IMG/VR virus record: IMGVR_UViG_3300025012_000008
Strand: one strand, 5' to 3'
DNA length: 20,000 bases
Source of the DNA: an uncultured virus (IMG/VR IMGVR_UViG_3300025012_000008)
Taxonomy: Duplodnaviria > Heunggongvirae > Uroviricota > Caudoviricetes
This document shows, in pieces, positions 15,936 to 20,000 of the stretch; position 1 is the first letter of the stretch; each line of letters starts with the position of its first letter. The position numbers and the translations under genes are program-made. The notes below the pieces were generated by a model. The model saw nothing but the letters and a program-made list of their open reading frames with translations, had not been told where the DNA came from and did no database searches.

Positions 15936-16291
15936 TGTTGATTCATCTCCTTTAAAGATACCAGTTCTTGATACCAATTTTCCAATACTTTAAACAATTC
16001 AGGATGACTTGAAAGTATTCTTCTTCTTTTTCTTAATGTTTCCCAAAGTAATACTTGAACTTCTTTCCAAGTTGCTGGAATTTTCTTTTCAAAATCTTCT
16101 GTTTTGTTGTTCTTGTTTCGTTCGTTGTATTCTCGTTCTGATGTTTTCCAGCCTTCGATCCAAATTTCTTTTTTCTTTGGATTGTTCTTTACCCAAAGTG
16201 GGATGCATGATTCCATTTTTCTACCTGGAAAGAAGTGATAATGACCGTTGTTGAAAATTTCTCTTTGATTCGACATAGGATTTATTTTCAT
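15932..16291 (-). CDS. RMF (ribosome modulation factor)-like domain protein
   Basis: G-x6-GR-x2-E-x-C...W-x2-GW spacing as in E. coli Rmf; extra C-terminal helix. Confidence 0.5.
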   Translation of the reverse strand: MKINPMSNQREIFNNGHYHFFPGRKMESCIPLWVKNNPKKKEIWIEGWKTSEREYNERNKNNKTEDFEKKIPATWKEVQVLLWETLRKRRRILSSHPELFKVLENWYQELVSLKEMNQQ

Positions 16292-16938
16292 TTTAACCTC
16301 CTCACTTTTGTTTTCCTTCCGGTCATTGAAAACTCATAAACACAATCACCAACCTCAAGTAGTTCTTCTCGACTTGCCCTTTCGTCGGCAATCATTATGA
16401 TCTGTAGTCCTGGCCAGTTTTGTTTCGGTTTCGGCTTGCAAATTTCAGAAAGAATCATCAATGCCCTTCTGTTTGCTTCTGCTCCCTTCAAATGTTTAAA
16501 TGGTTCATCCAACCAAATACTGGCTCTGGATTTGGGGATTTTCATCGACCATAGAGCAGGACGCAAAGCCATTCCAGCGATGTCTACAGGACCAAGACCA
16601 GTGCTTGCCTTTGGATCTATTTTTTCCCCATCGCGAACAAACCAAAAATCAACTTCAGTAGTATTCCTTCTAATTTCAATCTGCACGTCGAATTGATAAG
16701 GATCGTCAAAAACAGTAGAAAGAGCAAGCTGAGGAAGTTCTGAGAGTTGATACTTCAATTCGTTTTGGGTCTGCTGAGAACAGATTTGAATTAGAGCATG
16801 TGCCTTTTCAGCGTCTTTGTGTTCTCCTCTCAATTTTCGAAATTCAAGTTTAGCTGAGGACAGTTGCTTTTTTAATTCGTTCTGAGCACCAACTAGATTG
16901 TTGTATTTGGCACGAAAGCCTTCAGTTTTCGAATTCAT
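16288..16938 (-). CDS. Rad50/SbcC-like ATPase, C-terminal half
   Basis: Coiled coil, ALSTVFDDPY.F, signature-like STGLGPVD, ALR, Walker B IWLDEPF; own GAGGA RBS. Confidence 0.85.
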   Translation of the reverse strand: MNSKTEGFRAKYNNLVGAQNELKKQLSSAKLEFRKLRGEHKDAEKAHALIQICSQQTQNELKYQLSELPQLALSTVFDDPYQFDVQIEIRRNTTEVDFWFVRDGEKIDPKASTGLGPVDIAGMALRPALWSMKIPKSRASIWLDEPFKHLKGAEANRRALMILSEICKPKPKQNWPGLQIIMIADERASREELLEVGDCVYEFSMTGRKTKVRRLK

Positions 16939-17170
16939 TCAGTTTATCCTCAATTTCTTCAAGAAGAGAATCAAGAGTTTCTTCCAACTGTTCCTTTTCT
17001 TTTCCTTTCTTCTTTAAAAATTCTTCAATCTGATCTGAATCGGTTATTCCGTATGAGGAAAGTTGTTGTTCAAGCTGCCTGATTTCTCCACTTAGACTTG
17101 ATTGCTCTAACTGGAGTTCATCCAGGCGTTTTGTTATTTTCTGAATTTGTGGTTGATAGTTTGTTTTCAT
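16922..17170 (-). CDS. 82-aa coiled-coil protein, possible SbcC arm segment
   Basis: Heptad pattern throughout with a YGI turn; overlaps the start of SbcC-C. Confidence 0.7.
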   Translation of the reverse strand: MKTNYQPQIQKITKRLDELQLEQSSLSGEIRQLEQQLSSYGITDSDQIEEFLKKKGKEKEQLEETLDSLLEEIEDKLNEFEN

Positions 17171-17583
17171 ATAAATCCTTTATCTATTGCAAGCCATTCC
17201 GGAATAATAATTCGAACTAAACCATTTTGAAGAGTTTCATATTCATCTTCTAATTGAGATTTTGGAATCCATTCTTCTGTAGTTCCGTCAGAAACTTTAA
17301 TTGCCCTTTCCGTTTCTGCTATTAATTCAACGTCAAATTCAGCATAATTTTTGTCGGTAGATTGAAGTATTTTCATTTCTGGGAGTCCTTTATGTCTTCT
17401 TAGTTGTTTGATATATTCTATTTCTTTTTCTGATACAGCTTTTCTCTGATTTTCAATATCTCTTTTCAACTTTTCTTCTAAACACTTTTTGTGTATGGGA
17501 TGGTTTTCAAAATATGTCAATTGTTTTTGATATACTCTATCTTTGCATTCTAAACAATATACATAATCCCAACCAACCTTCAT
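17167..17583 (-). CDS. Zn-finger plus conserved phage small beta-domain (ETERAI...WIPKSQ...IPEWLA..KG)
   Basis: CLEC...H..C N-terminus; familiar phage C-terminal motif; AAAGGTGAG RBS before ATG 17583. Confidence 0.7.
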   Translation of the reverse strand: MKVGWDYVYCLECKDRVYQKQLTYFENHPIHKKCLEEKLKRDIENQRKAVSEKEIEYIKQLRRHKGLPEMKILQSTDKNYAEFDVELIAETERAIKVSDGTTEEWIPKSQLEDEYETLQNGLVRIIIPEWLAIDKGFI

Positions 17584-17584
17584 T

Positions 17585-17779
17585 TTACTCACCTTTCAAA
17601 AAAAGAATAGGTTTTCCACAAATAGGACAGAATGAAGTTTGATAAATTTTCTTTTTCTCCATTCCCCATACCTTACCGCAACCAGTATTGTAATAGTTAT
17701 AGTAAAGCCCCATTTGTCTTTTGAATCTCCATTTACAATATCTTTTCGGGAAGAGAAAGTCTTTTATGAATTTGAACAT
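17585..17779 (-). CDS. Zn-ribbon protein
   Basis: AGGAGG RBS before ATG 17779; CKW...NTGCG...FCPICGKPI. Confidence 0.75.
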   Translation of the reverse strand: MFKFIKDFLFPKRYCKWRFKRQMGLYYNYYNTGCGKVWGMEKKKIYQTSFCPICGKPILFLKGE

Positions 17780-18003
17780 ATTTCCTCCTGTTGTGGTTTT
17801 GATTCCAGATTCAACTTGATTTCTTTTTCTACTTGCTGATAAATCCTGTCTTGTTCTCTTCTTCGTTTCTTTACGGTTTCGATCTGTTTGAGTGCTGCTG
17901 GCCAATTATTTCTACCAAGAAATTCCCTGAGGAGTTGATCAACAAATTCAAGATTGTTTTTCTTCAAAAGGTCGATACATTTATTGTTTGGTATTTGTTC
18001 CAT
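17764..18003 (-). CDS. Hypothetical helical protein
   Basis: GGAG RBS; 79 aa, overlaps neighbours at both ends. Confidence 0.6.
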   Translation of the reverse strand: MEQIPNNKCIDLLKKNNLEFVDQLLREFLGRNNWPAALKQIETVKKRRREQDRIYQQVEKEIKLNLESKPQQEEICSNS

Positions 18004-18937
18004 CGTAGTAACTCCATACCTTATCTATTATACGTTGATTTACTTTATTCTTTAAAAGAAATTGTTCAAGGTTCTTTTCGAAGTTGATTCCTTCTACCAC
18101 TTGTTGTCCCAATTTTTCTACAAAAGCAGAAAGTCTTATTTCTTTTTCCTCTGCTTTTTCAAGGTGTTCACGGGAAAGTACATTTTGTTCAATCGGAATA
18201 AATTTCTTTTCTACTCGACATTCTTCAGGATACCAAAGAAAAACACATGGTCTATGTTCTATCTGATCAGCATCATTCCTCATTAAACTTCCAGCATTGA
18301 CCAAGATTGTATTTTTTCTCTGTCCCGTAAAAGTTTGATGGTTGTCTCCTGTTACAATCAGATCGAAATTTGGAAACTTTTTCAGTACTTCATTCTTCTC
18401 CCAACCTTCACAACCAGGGAAGGGAGGGTTTCTGTCATATATCATTCCGTGAAAGAGGACTACTTTGTAATCAATTTTACAGTCAATTTTAGGAAATTCG
18501 TTTGGTTCTTTTAATTCTTGTCCGTATGGTATTTTGTGAATATAAACAATTTTATCTTTTATTTTTACAATACTATTATCAATTCCTGAAATAATTCCTG
18601 CTGATTCCAAAACAGACATAGATGAATTATGGTAATTTTCCATTGTTTTTCCGGGCAAATCATGATTCCCTGGAATAGTAAAAAATGGGGTTGGTAAATT
18701 TTTAATTGCCCATTGGAGAAGGAAATGAGATGGATATTGTTTATATCTTTTGTCGAATAAATCTCCGCCATCAAATATAGGACATTGAAGACTTTCAGAT
18801 AAATCCTTCAACCACTTTATTTTTCGTTGTAATGCTTCCCAGTAGTTATCAATTCTGGAAACAGGGGAGTACATTCTCAATTCGATATCAGCCGTTATTA
18901 TCGCACTGGGGATCGATTTATTATTTGATCGTTTCAT
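17981..18937 (-). CDS. Mre11/SbcD-like metallophosphoesterase nuclease
   Basis: ADIE, GDLFD, PGNHD, FHG, GDNH, NAGSLMR...Q..H.P motifs. Confidence 0.9.
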   Translation of the reverse strand: MKRSNNKSIPSAIITADIELRMYSPVSRIDNYWEALQRKIKWLKDLSESLQCPIFDGGDLFDKRYKQYPSHFLLQWAIKNLPTPFFTIPGNHDLPGKTMENYHNSSMSVLESAGIISGIDNSIVKIKDKIVYIHKIPYGQELKEPNEFPKIDCKIDYKVVLFHGMIYDRNPPFPGCEGWEKNEVLKKFPNFDLIVTGDNHQTFTGQRKNTILVNAGSLMRNDADQIEHRPCVFLWYPEECRVEKKFIPIEQNVLSREHLEKAEEKEIRLSAFVEKLGQQVVEGINFEKNLEQFLLKNKVNQRIIDKVWSYYDGTNTKQ

Positions 18938-19145
18938 GATAACTTATTTTTAAAATAATATTTTTTGTTGGACTAGCAACAAATTGTTTATATCCGGTTA
19001 TGTTGTTTTCGTCACATACTTCTTTAACTTCTCTTGAAAATTCCAATGAGCTACCTTCTATTATATTTTCTTTTATGATTGTAATAATATTTTGAAGTTG
19101 TTTTAATAAAATCAAATTTTGTTTTTTTATTTTCATATTCATCAA
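18921..19145 (-). CDS. Hypothetical AT-rich protein
   Basis: 74 aa, overlaps both neighbours. Confidence 0.5.
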   Translation of the reverse strand: MMNMKIKKQNLILLKQLQNIITIIKENIIEGSSLEFSREVKEVCDENNITGYKQFVASPTKNIILKISYHETIK

Positions 19146-19999
19146 TGTTCATCACAATTCTCTTCTATTGATTTTCCACAAGTTGGGCAATTTTTTGGAA
19201 TATTTAATTTCTCTGTTTCAATCTGCTTTTTCAAATATTCCCTTTTGTTCAAACAGGATTGGATCTTTTTCTTGATTTCAAAAACTGCTGTATATTCAGA
19301 ATTAACAGATTGGAATAGAATTTGCTTTTCTTTTATTCTGTCAATCAGCTTTTCAACTTTTACTAATTCTTTTCCTTTTTTGGAAAGTTCTTTTTTTCTT
19401 TCTAATTCGTTAAAAATAGTCGAGACGTTACTTATATCACGTTTTATATTATCAAACGAATTTGACGTGGTTTCGGCTTCAAGAAATTGATTTTTAATCT
19501 CAGGTAAGTTTCTATATTTTTCTATCTCTACCCTTTTTCTTTCCAACTGATTTTGAATTCTCATTACTCCGGAAATTACAGAGTTCAAATTGATGATCAT
19601 TCTTTCTGCTTCTTCACACTGGTTCAGAAGATTATTTACAGTCGGAAGGTTTACATATTTTTCTAATTTTGTTTCAAGCGATTCAATTATATTTTTCTGA
19701 TTTCCTTTTTCTTGATTCAGGGATTGGACATCTCTTTTAGCGGCAGAAAGAGTACTGTCGATGGAATCAAGCCCAACTATTTTGTTTAAAATCCTTCCCC
19801 GTTGTCCAGAAGTATCAAACATCAAGAAAGCTCTATCAATTTGAGATTGGAAGTTGGTTTCTTCCATGTTGAAAACAGCGGATATTTCTTCAGGAACATC
19901 TCTTCCGGCGTTGAATTCTCTTTTTGTTTCTCCTTCGATCAAAACATATTTGTTTACTGTTCCACTTTTTATCCTTTGGACTTCTTCACCCGTATCAAA
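19142..19999 (-). CDS. Rad50/SbcC-like ATPase, N-terminal half (5' truncated), ending at the Zn hook
   Basis: Frame open to the edge (FDTGEEVQRIKSG..NKY); GRDVPEEI, Q-loop NFQSQID..FL, LNKIVGLD, coiled coil, CPTCG then stop. Confidence 0.85.
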   Translation of the reverse strand, partial: FDTGEEVQRIKSGTVNKYVLIEGETKREFNAGRDVPEEISAVFNMEETNFQSQIDRAFLMFDTSGQRGRILNKIVGLDSIDSTLSAAKRDVQSLNQEKGNQKNIIESLETKLEKYVNLPTVNNLLNQCEEAERMIINLNSVISGVMRIQNQLERKRVEIEKYRNLPEIKNQFLEAETTSNSFDNIKRDISNVSTIFNELERKKELSKKGKELVKVEKLIDRIKEKQILFQSVNSEYTAVFEIKKKIQSCLNKREYLKKQIETEKLNIPKNCPTCGKSIEENCDEH

Positions 20000-20000
20000 A

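Larger units (their letters stand above)
1..20000. mobile_element. Tailed phage or prophage genome segment (tail + lysis arm convergent with DNA-metabolism arm)
   Basis: Order tape measure > tail genes > endolysin/holin on +; SbcCD-like, ThyA, HNH and many small ORFs on -; tight ATGA/TAATG/TGATG gene coupling; no host housekeeping genes. Confidence 0.95.

Noticed and set aside
16922..16938. Programmed frameshift joining the 82-aa coiled coil to SbcC-C
   Set aside because: No canonical slippery heptamer in the overlap, and SbcC-C has its own GAGGA RBS and ATG
17780..17905. N-terminal extension of ORF 17585-17905
   Set aside because: Overlaps 17764-18003; a strong AGGAGG RBS supports ATG 17779
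11942..19490. Plus-strand ORFs in the minus arm, and alternative-frame minus ORFs (15153, 15653, 18565)
   Set aside because: Overlap better-supported genes; the plus-strand ones are Phe/Ser/Leu-rich, as expected for antisense of Lys/Glu-rich genes
1..20000. Stop-codon reassignment
   Set aside because: Long genes are intact in code 11; TAA, TGA and TAG all end genes at sensible junctions
1..20000. tRNA, rRNA, att sites, integrase
   Set aside because: No cloverleaf or T-loop context found, almost no intergenic space, and no recombinase motifs; lifestyle cannot be determined from this window

Overview
Gene-dense, AT-rich fragment of a tailed dsDNA phage or prophage (Caudoviricetes), standard genetic code, with two convergent arms meeting at about 10725-10730. 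The + arm (1-10730) runs: tape-measure C-terminus, distal-tail-like gene, 1233-aa beta-propeller/hub tail-tip protein, OB/Ig tail protein, fibre/adaptor module, then a moron-like cassette (own sigma70-type promoter with inverted repeat, MOA-like Cys-His-Glu protease, lipoprotein, 34-aa cationic peptide, 15-bp perfect hairpin), then lysis genes (M15A peptidase, DUF5662, holin-like genes) and a small Zn-finger gene. The - arm (20000 to 10725) carries a Rad50/SbcC split into separate genes around an Mre11/SbcD nuclease, both with non-canonical motifs, an RMF-like protein, archaeal-type ThyA, a SleB-type cell-wall hydrolase, an HNH endonuclease and many small Cys-rich ORFs. No tRNA, rRNA, CRISPR array, integrase or reverse transcriptase was seen. 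All family calls come from motif recognition by eye, not database searches.
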